Source: an uncultured Pseudomonadales bacterium
Lineage (GTDB): Bacteria > Patescibacteriota > Microgenomatia > UBA1400 > MFAQ01
Direction of reading: 5' to 3'
Length of the DNA: 60,648 nucleotides
NCBI GenBank assembly: GCA_964348455.1
Contig: CAYGCQ010000005.1
Coordinates: 1-60,648 of the forward strand
This document shows, in pieces, positions 18,789 through 27,808 of this stretch (its first letter is position 1; each line of letters begins with the position of its first letter). The translations under genes and the position numbers were made by a program. The notes under the pieces are model-generated. The model was not told where the DNA came from and did no database searches. It saw only the letters and a list, made by a program, of their open reading frames with translations.

Positions 18789-20087
18789 ATGCCAACCCGT
18801 AGATTCGTTGACCCAAATAAAGTTGGGCGAACCCGCCCAAAAGGTACAGGTTCGGAATATGCCGGAATGAGAGATCAAGACTGGCGCTGTAGCAGCTGTA
18901 GCAATCCCAAACCAATTAGAGGCAACATCAAAATCTGTCCTAACTGCGGAAACCCAAAAGATCGCACTGAGAAGTACGAAGCCCCTCCCATTGATCGCGC
19001 TTATCTAACCTCAAATGAAATTAAAGATCGAGGTGTAGAAAGAGGCCATGGACAAGATGAAGTCTGCCCCTACTGTCAATCGCACGTGACCACAAAAACA
19101 GAGGTTTGCCCTAACTGCCAAGGAACAATTAAGAATGTATTTCGGGCTGAACGAGTTTGCCCCAACTGCAAAAGGGAGACCAACGACATCGGGTGTGCAG
19201 CTTGCGGTAGTCCAACCGTTAGTAAACTAACCACAGCTTCACCCAAACAGCCCTCAACCCAAAGCGCTACCCATGGGTCGCATGAATCAGGGTCTGTTGT
19301 TAACAAACAGTACCTTGTTTATGCCGGGATTATCGGACTTCTTGCACTCCTCATCTTCGGTCTTATTTCAATCTTCAGGCCACACGACGAGATTGCTTCA
19401 GTGTCATCCAATTCCTGGTCTTGTTCAGTGCCTCTTCAGGAATACCAGTACAACTTTCACAGTGACTGGTCTCTTCCTGCAGATGCAGACCTCATCACCA
19501 GTTACGAAAAGTTCCACTACAACGATAAAGTGGAAGATGGTTACGAAGAAGTCTGCGAAGATAAATGGGAAGTGGTAGGGTTTCACTACGAAGACGTAAC
19601 TAATGAAGTCTGCGTAAGTCAACCTGATGAATATGTAGACACAACCGAATCTTGCGACATAGACGAAAGTGTCTGTACATATGTCGACAATTACAGGTCA
19701 GTTCCTGACGTCTGCTCAGATGTCACCACCAGCGAGAAGGTAAATGACTCCGACTGGGTTACATATTGTTCAGACGTCATGCAATACAAGGACGTTCCTG
19801 TGAACGACATTTATTACGAATACAACATCTGGGAATGGGTTTCTCTAAACCCGCTGTCAACCTCAGGAAACGATAACCTCATTTCCTGCCCAGTTGTCAA
19901 CGTAACTCAGACAGTCAGGCAGTCGGGAAATCCGAATATTGACTGTAATACACAGTTTCAGGTCGGAAAGAAATATTATCCTTACTCACCTGACTGTAGC
20001 TCCCAGTTTCCCGCCTTTTCGCAAGGATCGGAGTGGCTAGTTACCATATCTGGCCCTTCTATCACCGAAGTTAACTACGTTCCATAA
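18789..20087 (+). CDS. multi-zinc-ribbon membrane protein with a Cys-rich extracytoplasmic domain
   Basis: Five CxxC..CxxC pairs in the N-terminal 150 aa, one TM helix (YLVYAGIIGLLALLIFGLISIF), acidic Cys-rich C-terminal domain. Promoter TTGACT-16-TATAAT at 18687-18714. Confidence 0.75.
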   Translation: MPTRRFVDPNKVGRTRPKGTGSEYAGMRDQDWRCSSCSNPKPIRGNIKICPNCGNPKDRTEKYEAPPIDRAYLTSNEIKDRGVERGHGQDEVCPYCQSHVTTKTEVCPNCQGTIKNVFRAERVCPNCKRETNDIGCAACGSPTVSKLTTASPKQPSTQSATHGSHESGSVVNKQYLVYAGIIGLLALLIFGLISIFRPHDEIASVSSNSWSCSVPLQEYQYNFHSDWSLPADADLITSYEKFHYNDKVEDGYEEVCEDKWEVVGFHYEDVTNEVCVSQPDEYVDTTESCDIDESVCTYVDNYRSVPDVCSDVTTSEKVNDSDWVTYCSDVMQYKDVPVNDIYYEYNIWEWVSLNPLSTSGNDNLISCPVVNVTQTVRQSGNPNIDCNTQFQVGKKYYPYSPDCSSQFPAFSQGSEWLVTISGPSITEVNYVP

Positions 20088-20093
20088 CCTTCA

Positions 20094-20121
20094 ACCGGTC
20101 GCCCAGGCGACCGGTTTTTTT
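20094..20121 (+). terminator. intrinsic terminator
   Basis: accggtcgcc-cag-gcgaccggt hairpin followed by T7. Confidence 0.85.
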
Positions 20122-20172
20122 ATATTAAAACGTTAAAAAACCGCCAGTTGGCGGTTTTCTTGTGCTTCAAAT

Positions 20173-20556
20173 CTACTTCTTAAGATCACACGAGACAAAT
20201 CTCATTCGGAACTCTCCCTGCCAATAGGTCAGGTAGTACTTAAGAATCCCTGTTCGGTCGTCGGGCAGTTCCAAAGGAATGTTTACATAGGCCGGAAGGG
20301 TCGTTTGCACATATTCCGGTTCAGGAACTGAAATCGTCGCCTGCTTCATGACTTTGAGAAATCGCTTTCCCAGTTTACAGTCATAGGCAATGTTTTCGAT
20401 CTTCATATTGATAACCAGACCAGTTCCGTAACCATCGGACCATTCAGCTGTTACAGGCTCCGGCTCAGGCACACGATCGACTTTAACAATCGTAAACCAT
20501 CCTAGAAGAGCGACGGCAATCAAAATCACTAGCCAATTTCTTCGGATAAAACTCAT
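20173..20556 (-). CDS. hypothetical membrane-anchored protein
   Basis: 127 aa with an N-terminal TM helix, its own promoter and a terminator (20135-20158). Confidence 0.6.
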   Translation of the reverse strand: MSFIRRNWLVILIAVALLGWFTIVKVDRVPEPEPVTAEWSDGYGTGLVINMKIENIAYDCKLGKRFLKVMKQATISVPEPEYVQTTLPAYVNIPLELPDDRTGILKYYLTYWQGEFRMRFVSCDLKK

Positions 20557-20588
20557 TTTAACTCCTTATGTGCGAGGATAGATGACCT

Positions 20589-20617
20589 ATAATAGCACAA
20601 AACAGCCTCATTGTCAA
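20589..20617 (-). promoter_or_regulatory. sigma70-type promoter for the 20173..20556 gene
   Basis: Minus strand reads TTGACA, 17-nt spacer, TATTAT. Confidence 0.65.
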
Positions 20618-20736
20618 TAATGGGTGAAACCTTCTGAACCTTTTAACCCTGCCCTAAAGACATCAACTATTTCGGAATTATAAAAGACAGACTATCATAC
20701 TCTATAGGTCACCTACGGGCATTCTAGTGCCCCAGA

Positions 20737-21321
20737 TTAGGCGGAAATAATCCCCATTATGTTCACATGCACAGCCTCAATGCTCTCATTCGCATTCACT
20801 ACCCCCCACCCCATCTCCCTAGCCAGGCTCAGATGAACCTCCCGGCTTCTCTCCCAAACTTCCTGACCGGCTGCTTCGTGACGGTGACCCTTTTCGAGAC
20901 ATCCCCCCCCGAACCTTTCCCCATCCAGAAGTATCTCAAAATCAGGTTTCAGCAGTCCCCTATTAAATTCGTCCAGCAGTTCCCTATCTACCCCTTTAGT
21001 CAGCCCCCAAGCTAGACCTGTCCCCACATAATCCTCAGCAATTACATCACCAAAACTTAACATTTCCGTAAGCGTCGACTCAAACTCTCTTCTATTTTCG
21101 GCATACAAACACTGAAGGTCTACGTCCGACATCTCCAGTCGATTTCCATTTTCATCCGGCCTTAGAACTCGGTTAATTATCTCCCCCGTCGGTGAATCAT
21201 AAATTGGGTATTTTATTCTGGCATAAGAGGTACCCGCTTCGATGTAAGTTTGCTCCAGTAACTCTAACTGCTTTGATTTTCCTAAATTATTAGATCCGTA
21301 TAAAACTATAAATCTGCCCAT
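20737..21321 (-). CDS. P-loop nucleoside/nucleotide kinase, thymidylate kinase-like
   Basis: N-terminal FIVLYGSNNLGKS P-loop and size typical of the dTMP/dNK kinase fold. Exact specificity not determinable. Confidence 0.55.
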   Translation of the reverse strand: MGRFIVLYGSNNLGKSKQLELLEQTYIEAGTSYARIKYPIYDSPTGEIINRVLRPDENGNRLEMSDVDLQCLYAENRREFESTLTEMLSFGDVIAEDYVGTGLAWGLTKGVDRELLDEFNRGLLKPDFEILLDGERFGGGCLEKGHRHEAAGQEVWERSREVHLSLAREMGWGVVNANESIEAVHVNIMGIISA

Positions 21322-21327
21322 TTATTT

Positions 21328-21534
21328 TTAAATCTTTTTCGATAATTCTAGCTGACTAATAATATCCTGAGGCAGCTCCGCTTCCATATCTCCTACATAC
21401 CTTCTGTACTCTTGAAGTACTTCTTCATAGGACATACTTACTACCTCAACCTTTTTTGATGGTATACATTTATCGCCCACTTCGCCCTCACCGCCCACAT
21501 ACCATTTGTGAAATTTGTTGTCGTATTTTTCCAT
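21328..21534 (-). CDS. hypothetical small protein
   Basis: 68-aa ORF, 6-nt gap to the downstream kinase gene. Confidence 0.45.
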   Translation of the reverse strand: MEKYDNKFHKWYVGGEGEVGDKCIPSKKVEVVSMSYEEVLQEYRRYVGDMEAELPQDIISQLELSKKI

Positions 21535-21585
21535 ATCGTATTTACCTTATTCCATATTTTTCTAACTGTCTACCCCATCTTTTTA

Positions 21586-22863
21586 TTAAAAAGACCAGCC
21601 CAAAAGCGTTGCAATCATCATCACTGAAGAAACTCCCATAAAAACAAAAGTAATCCACGCAATGATAGCATTCGATTTTGATGTCTTATGTATCCCTACG
21701 ATACGACTATCGCCCGCAAGTTTAATAATGATAAAAATCAAAGGCACAGCCAATACGCCATTAACGACAGCAGCATAAAACAAAGCCTGCATCGCGTTTA
21801 TTTTCAATAAATTTAACAGTAGGCCAACTAAAGTCGCCAAAGCTATAAATATATAAAATCCCTTAGCCTTAGTAAATTTTTTCGACAAACCCATCTCCAT
21901 CCCCACAGCGTCTGCCAAAGCATAACCAGTAGAACCGGCCATCACAGGAATTGACTGGAGTCCAATACCAATAATTCCGACAGAAAAAAGTAAATACGCC
22001 AAGTCACCAGCTAAAGGCCTAAGCGCCATAGCTGCTTGCTGCGGAGTATCAATCGTAAAAATTCCATTCTTATGCAACGTCGCTGCGGCAGTCAGAACGA
22101 TAAAAAAAGTCATCGTATTTGAAAATATCATCCCAATCTTCGTATCGAATCCAAGTGCTTTAATCTCAGCTTTTGTTACTACGGGCTTTATATCAAAATC
22201 TGCAATCTTCCCCTCAGAAATCTCTTCTTCAACCTCTTCGGAAGCTTGCCAAAAAAACAAAAATGGAGATATCGTAGTTCCCACAAAACCGACCAAAGTC
22301 ATAAGGTAAGCCATGTTTAATTCGATATGAGGAATCAAAGTATAGAAAGCAATCTCCTTCCAATCCTGTTGGACCATAAAAGCCGTTGCCACATAGACGA
22401 GTAGCGACAAACCCAACCACTTCAAAACCTGAGAGTACTTCTTGTAGGGAATCAGAATTTCCAAGAAAATAATTACAAAAGACACTACAAATAACCAAAA
22501 ATAATAATTTAACCCCATCAGCATCTTCAGGGACTCTGCCATAATGCCAAGGTCAGCACCGATATTAATTATGTTAGAAATAGCCAGCAAAACCACAGCA
22601 AACCACATTAAACTTTTTGAGTGGTACTTTTTCAGGACACTCGCCAGTCCCCGCCCTGTCGTAAGACCCACTCTGCCACACATTTCTTGAATTGCGATCA
22701 TCGCCGGTAACAAGAAAAGGGACATCCAGTTCATCTTGTAACCATACTTAGCCCCGGCGATAGAATATGTCGCGACGCCACTTGGATCATCATCGGCAGC
22801 ACCGGTCACAAAACCAGGTCCAATTTTCCGGATAAAACCATACATTCTATTCCAAACAGCCAT
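21586..22863 (-). CDS. mntH: Nramp-family divalent metal transporter
   Basis: GPGFVTGAADDDPSGVATYS signature and about 11 TM helices. Confidence 0.85.
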   Translation of the reverse strand: MAVWNRMYGFIRKIGPGFVTGAADDDPSGVATYSIAGAKYGYKMNWMSLFLLPAMIAIQEMCGRVGLTTGRGLASVLKKYHSKSLMWFAVVLLAISNIINIGADLGIMAESLKMLMGLNYYFWLFVVSFVIIFLEILIPYKKYSQVLKWLGLSLLVYVATAFMVQQDWKEIAFYTLIPHIELNMAYLMTLVGFVGTTISPFLFFWQASEEVEEEISEGKIADFDIKPVVTKAEIKALGFDTKIGMIFSNTMTFFIVLTAAATLHKNGIFTIDTPQQAAMALRPLAGDLAYLLFSVGIIGIGLQSIPVMAGSTGYALADAVGMEMGLSKKFTKAKGFYIFIALATLVGLLLNLLKINAMQALFYAAVVNGVLAVPLIFIIIKLAGDSRIVGIHKTSKSNAIIAWITFVFMGVSSVMMIATLLGWSF

Positions 22864-22997
22864 AACTAATTATGATACATATTTTAAGATAAAGGACACT
22901 ATCTTTAAATTTGGGATATCTAAAAAAAATAATTACAAGGTACCTCTAAGTCAGACAGTATTTAACAAATATGCCCCGTCTGTGACGGGGCATAATA

Positions 22998-23519
22998 CTA
23001 CATTGTATTTTCGTTTTCCAGATTTCCAAGTTCTAAAGTCGCTGGACCCGTATCAGCAAGAAGCTGACCGGTCGAAAGGATTTTCTGCATAAGTTCAACT
23101 TGTATCCAGTTTTTCTCCCAAGCTCCACGCAAAAAACGAACAAAGTAGGCGTCTGAAGATCCAACGTGCCTAGACTCTTCCAGTGCTTCGCTCAAAAGTA
23201 TCCAAGGTGTCTTGTTTAGCTGATACAGACCTGGCTGCACCATGTATACAACTCCAAACATAACCTGAAGAGGATTTTGCCAAGGATGTTTGATTCCGAA
23301 TCCTTGTACGAATTCCTTACCACTACCCTTTGGATATATGAAGCTCACTTCGAGTCCACCGTCAACCACAGCAACACCGCCAACATATGATCGACGATCG
23401 TCCGTTACACGATAGTACTGGTCATTCTCAATCTCAGCTTTAAAGCCAACAGGCAAAACTTCGGCGTTGAGGCGCGACTCGCTTACTTGACCAACGAAGG
23501 GGTAAAAAATCCTTAACAT
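22998..23519 (-). CDS. hypothetical protein
   Basis: 173-aa ORF with no motif recognised. Confidence 0.55.
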   Translation of the reverse strand: MLRIFYPFVGQVSESRLNAEVLPVGFKAEIENDQYYRVTDDRRSYVGGVAVVDGGLEVSFIYPKGSGKEFVQGFGIKHPWQNPLQVMFGVVYMVQPGLYQLNKTPWILLSEALEESRHVGSSDAYFVRFLRGAWEKNWIQVELMQKILSTGQLLADTGPATLELGNLENENTM

Positions 23520-23592
23520 GATACCTCCACAAAATAGATTTAACGAACTTAGAACCTTACTATTTTACACCTTATAACAAATAAAACATAGC

Positions 23593-25641
23593 CTAATCTT
23601 CCTCAGACTCCAATTCAGCTTCAGAATTTTTAGCCTCCTCTGCGGTCTGAGGTTTCTTCCAGCTTGCCCAAGTACAGTTCGGATAATCTTCACAGCCATA
23701 AAAATCCCGGTTGGTCCTTGTCTTCTTCATCACGACTCTTTTCCCGCATTTTTCACAAACCACATCCTCGACATACACAATATATGGGGCCTTGTGGGCA
23801 CAGTCTGGATATCGATTACAGCTAAGGAACTTACCGAACTTACCGTCCCGGATAACCACTTCACCCTCTTTACACAGAGGACACTTCTCTCCAGTACTTT
23901 CTGTTGGAACTCCTACACGAATACTGTCCTTGTCCACTTTAAGAAGTTTTCTCGAAAAGTCGCCCCAGAATTTACTTAGCATTTCCATCCACTTCACTTT
24001 ACCGGAAGCAATACTATCCAAAGAATCTTCCATCTTAGCCGTAAACTCATACTCCATCTCTCTTGGAAAGTTCTCTATCAAGAAATCAACCACAGCATTA
24101 CCTATAGATGTCGAATAAAATCTCTTTTCTTTTTGCTCAACATACCTTCGATCCAAAATTGTCGAGATAATTGCAGCGTAAGTTGAAGGCCTCCCAATCC
24201 CCTTCTTTTCCAGCTCTTTAATCAGTGAAGCATCATTAAATCTAGCCGGTGGTTGAGTAAATTTTTGAAGAGGTTCAACCTTTTTTTTATTTAATTTATC
24301 ACCTACCTTAACCTCAGGTAGCGCCACAGGTTCATCCTTTCCTTTTGCAAACAACTTTTTCCAACCGTCGAACTTCACCACAATGCCATTTGCGCTAAGT
24401 TCACAGTTTCCAGCTTTTACGACCACTTTTGTATCATCAAAAACAGCTTCCGCCATCTGACAGGCTACCGTTCTTCGCCAGATAAGTGAATACAATTTCT
24501 TTTCATCCATTACCATTTCTTGACCCGTAAATTTCTCCGGAGTAACATCAATATTGGTCGGTCGAACAGCTTCATGAGCCTCTTGCGCCACTACTTTACC
24601 TGCCGCCTTGTACATTCTGGGAGCAGCCGGTAAATACTCCTTTCCGTAAGTCTCACCAATAAATTTCCTCACAGACTCAATCGAGGTTGGAGCCAAGTTA
24701 AACGAATCGGTACGGTGATAAGTGATGTTACCCAGCTCGTAAAGCTTCTGAGCAATGTTCATGGTTCTCTTAGCTGACCACCCCAAAACATTTGCGGCTG
24801 CTTGCTGGAGAGTAGAGGTTTTGAATGGTGCATGAGGCTGAGTCTTTCTTGCCTTTTTTATGATATCTTCCACCACATAATCCGATGTTTCAAGAACTTT
24901 CAGTATTTCTTTTGCTTCATCTCCCGAATGAATTTCAGCCTTTTTCGCTTTAAATTTGGCCAATTCGACCCAGAATTCATCACCACTTTCAGGCTTAACC
25001 AAAACTCGAATCTGCCAGTACTCTACCGGAACAAATTTTTCTATTTCTCTTTCTCTTTCGACAATTAATCTAACCGCCACGCTCTGAACGCGACCAGCTG
25101 ACAGACCTCTTCGAACTTTCTTCCACAGAATTGGAGATAGTTTGTAACCTACTAAACGATCAAGGAATCTTCTGGCTTGCTGAGAGTTCACCATGTTCAT
25201 GTCAATCTCTCGGGGGTTGTCCATGGCTTCCAAAATAGCTTCTTTGGTTATCGAGTTATATGACACACGCTTAAAAATTGGCTGCTTTTTCTTCCCTTTC
25301 AGGGCATCCTTCAGAATTTCCTCTACATGCCAAGCTATTGCTTCTCCTTCACGGTCAGGATCTGAAGCCAAGATTATCTCATCTGCTCTTGCAGCTTCCA
25401 CCTTGAGTCTTTTCACAGTGTCCTCTTTGCGATCCATGATTGCATAAGTCGGAATAAATTCAAACTGATCCGTCTTGAGTTCTTGATTTTTTGAGTTCTT
25501 GATTTCTTTGATCTCTATTCCAATCTTGCTCTTTGGCAAGTCACGAACATGACCCATACTCGCCAGGATCTCAAAATCACCTCCCAAATACTTTGAAAGG
25601 CTTTTTGTCTTCGTTGGTGACTCTACTATTACAAGTTTCAC
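23593..25641 (-). CDS. topA: DNA topoisomerase I
   Basis: Toprim N-terminus (MKLVIVESPTKTK.., DPDREGEAI), active-site region ITYHRTDS, C-terminal CxxC zinc ribbons. Confidence 0.95.
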   Translation of the reverse strand: MKLVIVESPTKTKSLSKYLGGDFEILASMGHVRDLPKSKIGIEIKEIKNSKNQELKTDQFEFIPTYAIMDRKEDTVKRLKVEAARADEIILASDPDREGEAIAWHVEEILKDALKGKKKQPIFKRVSYNSITKEAILEAMDNPREIDMNMVNSQQARRFLDRLVGYKLSPILWKKVRRGLSAGRVQSVAVRLIVEREREIEKFVPVEYWQIRVLVKPESGDEFWVELAKFKAKKAEIHSGDEAKEILKVLETSDYVVEDIIKKARKTQPHAPFKTSTLQQAAANVLGWSAKRTMNIAQKLYELGNITYHRTDSFNLAPTSIESVRKFIGETYGKEYLPAAPRMYKAAGKVVAQEAHEAVRPTNIDVTPEKFTGQEMVMDEKKLYSLIWRRTVACQMAEAVFDDTKVVVKAGNCELSANGIVVKFDGWKKLFAKGKDEPVALPEVKVGDKLNKKKVEPLQKFTQPPARFNDASLIKELEKKGIGRPSTYAAIISTILDRRYVEQKEKRFYSTSIGNAVVDFLIENFPREMEYEFTAKMEDSLDSIASGKVKWMEMLSKFWGDFSRKLLKVDKDSIRVGVPTESTGEKCPLCKEGEVVIRDGKFGKFLSCNRYPDCAHKAPYIVYVEDVVCEKCGKRVVMKKTRTNRDFYGCEDYPNCTWASWKKPQTAEEAKNSEAELESEED

Positions 25642-25742
25642 TTTATAAAATATACACGTTCAAACGGCGTAATGCACCAAACAGGTACAAATTTACGAGC
25701 GTCCGACCTGGAATTGTACTACATCCTTATTTAACCAAGAAA

Positions 25743-25911
25743 TGACGTCCTCCCCGCACAGACTCCGCTTCGCTCCGCATTGTACGGGGTTTCCTGACTG
25801 TATTTCATTTCATGCTACCAGCATATCATCGCCTTCGGCGACGACATGCTCTTCCCATTCATCCCCGCACAAGGTTTGAGTACAAACCCTTGTACGGGGT
25901 TTCCTGGGTAC
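25743..25911 (+). repeat. 169-nt structured repeat, family B, copy 2
   Basis: Identical to copy 3 and 2 mismatches from copy 1. Lies between the terminator of ncRNA-1 and the topA upstream region. Confidence 0.9.
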
Positions 25912-26546
25912 AAAAAACCCGCCTCATAGAGACGGGTTCGTATAGTTAAAAACAGCTGGGGCGGAAGACATTTCCAGAGGGTTTATCCTGAAGAGTTAAT
26001 TCTCCAGAACTTTATTTCCCGTAACTGGAGCATATTACCCGTTTGCCCATGAGAATTGGCCTTATGCTGGCCGACCTCCGTATAAGGAGGCGGTCCCTGC
26101 CACGCAGGGTCCTTTCGCTGTTTAATGAATGGCTTCTAGTATTGCAACACCCTCGACTAGAAACCAAACCAATCTACGTAGGATCCGTCGTGTTGCCGAC
26201 ATTCATATGTAGATGCCGCTTTAGCGGTTGAGAAAAAGCATCATCGTTCCCGGCGCGGCGGGCGGCAGGATGATCAGAGCCGACGATCGGGTCGGCCAAA
26301 GCCCATGTATGGGAAACGACTGGCTTTACTAGGATATCTACATCACTCTCCAGCTTCAAAGGCCGTAGTAGCCTCCACCGAAAAGTCCTAGTGGGGATAT
26401 TCTCATACCCCGTCTAACACTAAGTGAGCTCAGCGCCTGGTTAAACGCGGCTGACGGGGGGTTAATGCCCGGTGCTGGCGCTGCTCGAACTAGGTACAAA
26501 CATATACCCACTTCGAGCAGCGAACTCGCAAAATTTAAGGTTCAAT
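25912..26546 (-). ncRNA. large structured RNA 1 (about 635 nt), unassigned family
   Basis: Bounded by a consensus-like promoter (26553-26581) and the terminator aacccgtctc-tat-gaggcgggtt+T6 (25912-25938). G+C-rich with many long helices and no credible ORF. Confidence 0.7.
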
Positions 26547-26552
26547 GGACAT

Positions 26553-26581
26553 ATATTACACCAAAAAATGTTATTTGTCAA
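26553..26581 (-). promoter_or_regulatory. promoter of large RNA 1
   Basis: Minus strand reads TTGACA, 17-nt spacer, TAATAT. Confidence 0.75.
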
Positions 26582-26642
26582 GTATATAGGCCTTCAAGGA
26601 CTGTCCTCGTAGGCAAAAGATAATACAGTCATAAATTGCCTC

Positions 26643-27234
26643 AAAAAAGGAAAAGGCTCGTACATTTTGTACGAGCCTTTAGTAGACTGTGCTCAGGAGA
26701 ATGAGCAAAAAAATGAAAAATATGATAAATCTCATTCTCCTGATTTCAATATCCCCAATCTTGGGGGTAAATAGTAAAAGGCTGGTGAGGCCAGCGCGAC
26801 CCCTTGACAGACAGGATGTCGACCGGGGGTCAAATTAGCGACGGGTACATGTGGCGCAAACATAGTCCACCTCGCCCCGCACTTGCTTATAATTCCCTTT
26901 TACAGGAACCCTGCTTTCGCAGGCCTCACCTCGAGCATTGGCGAAATTCAAAATGATAGGAGGCGCTTCCCGTAGGAGCGGAGCCTGGTTCATTTCTATT
27001 CGCCGGTTTATGCCGATCAGCGCGCGCCGTGGGAGCCATCATGCCCCCCAGCAAAGACCATCCGCGGTCAGGTGCGCCGTCTCCGTATAGGGAGGCGCGG
27101 GTGCGGAGCCTTGTTGCCGATCGCCACAAAATATAAGCCTTAACCTGTATTTTGTGGCGATCGGAAAACTATTTACTATTTTATTCAAAGATCAATCTCG
27201 CCTGTGGTGAGTATCACCGAACCATTCGAGAATA
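26643..27234 (-). ncRNA. large structured RNA 2 (about 590 nt), unassigned family
   Basis: Promoter at 27240-27268 and terminator ggctcgtaca-aaa-tgtacgagcc followed by a T-rich tract (26643-26680). Begins with the 52-nt module shared with RNA 3. Very G+C-rich core. Confidence 0.7.
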
Positions 27235-27239
27235 TGGCC

Positions 27240-27268
27240 ATTCTATCACCACTTTTGACATTTGTCAA
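27240..27268 (-). promoter_or_regulatory. promoter of large RNA 2
   Basis: Minus strand reads TTGACA, 17-nt spacer, TAGAAT. Confidence 0.75.
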
Positions 27269-27303
27269 GTACTATAAGACTATTCACAAGCTCATAAACC
27301 AAG

Positions 27304-27803
27304 AAAAATCCGCCTCAGTTGAGACGGATTTAATTTAAAGAAAATGCCGCTCCGGGATCGTTGCCCGGAGACGGCAGAAATGTGGGAGATGAATTCCATG
27401 CACTTGCGCGAGTGCATGAGCTAATAAAATCATCTCCTCATCAGGTCGGCTTTAGACGCTAGAGCTTAGCATCTTGATCATCGCCTTCCCATATCCGAAC
27501 TCGCCAGCCCGGAGTAATTTCACCTTCACTCTATCATCTAGGAAACAAAGCTCAAAGTGGCTATGCCCGCAGATAGAGACCTATTAGGTGAGCGTGTCAT
27601 GGCGGGATTAACCCGCAACTGAGTTGCGTCGGCTCAGTCAAACTGTTGCCGGAGCCCAAGGCTACCGGCCAAAGAGAGCGGCCACTATGATCTCGGCCGT
27701 TCAGCTTTCCTTCAATTATAAAGAGAAGCTGAACGACCGAGTTACTAATTGATTCAAAGATCAATCTCGCCTGTGGTGAGTATCACCGAACCATTCGAGA
27801 ATA
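27304..27803 (-). ncRNA. large structured RNA 3 (about 500 nt), unassigned family, paralogue of RNA 2 at the 5' end
   Basis: Promoter at 27809-27837 and terminator atccgtctc-aact-gaggcggat+TTTTT (27304-27329). Same 52-nt 5' module as RNA 2. Confidence 0.7.
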
Positions 27804-27808
27804 CGTAT

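Noticed and set aside
22864-22997. Metal riboswitch upstream of the Nramp transporter gene
   Set aside because: The leader is AT-rich with no conserved helices. The only hairpin (22968-22990) is the terminator of the upstream gene.
25912-27803. Possibility that the three large RNAs are RNase P RNA, tmRNA, SRP/6S RNA or an ORF-less group II intron
   Set aside because: By eye there are no GGAAAGUCC / ACAGAACCCGGC P4 strands and no tRNA-like acceptor/T-arm with a CCA end. There is also no SRP GGAA-tetraloop domain IV and no domain V-like AGC..GNRA hairpin. One plus-strand cgaaaagtcctag (26379-26391) resembles P4 only superficially and is on the wrong strand relative to the promoters and terminators. 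This is not a formal covariance-model search, so it remains to be confirmed.
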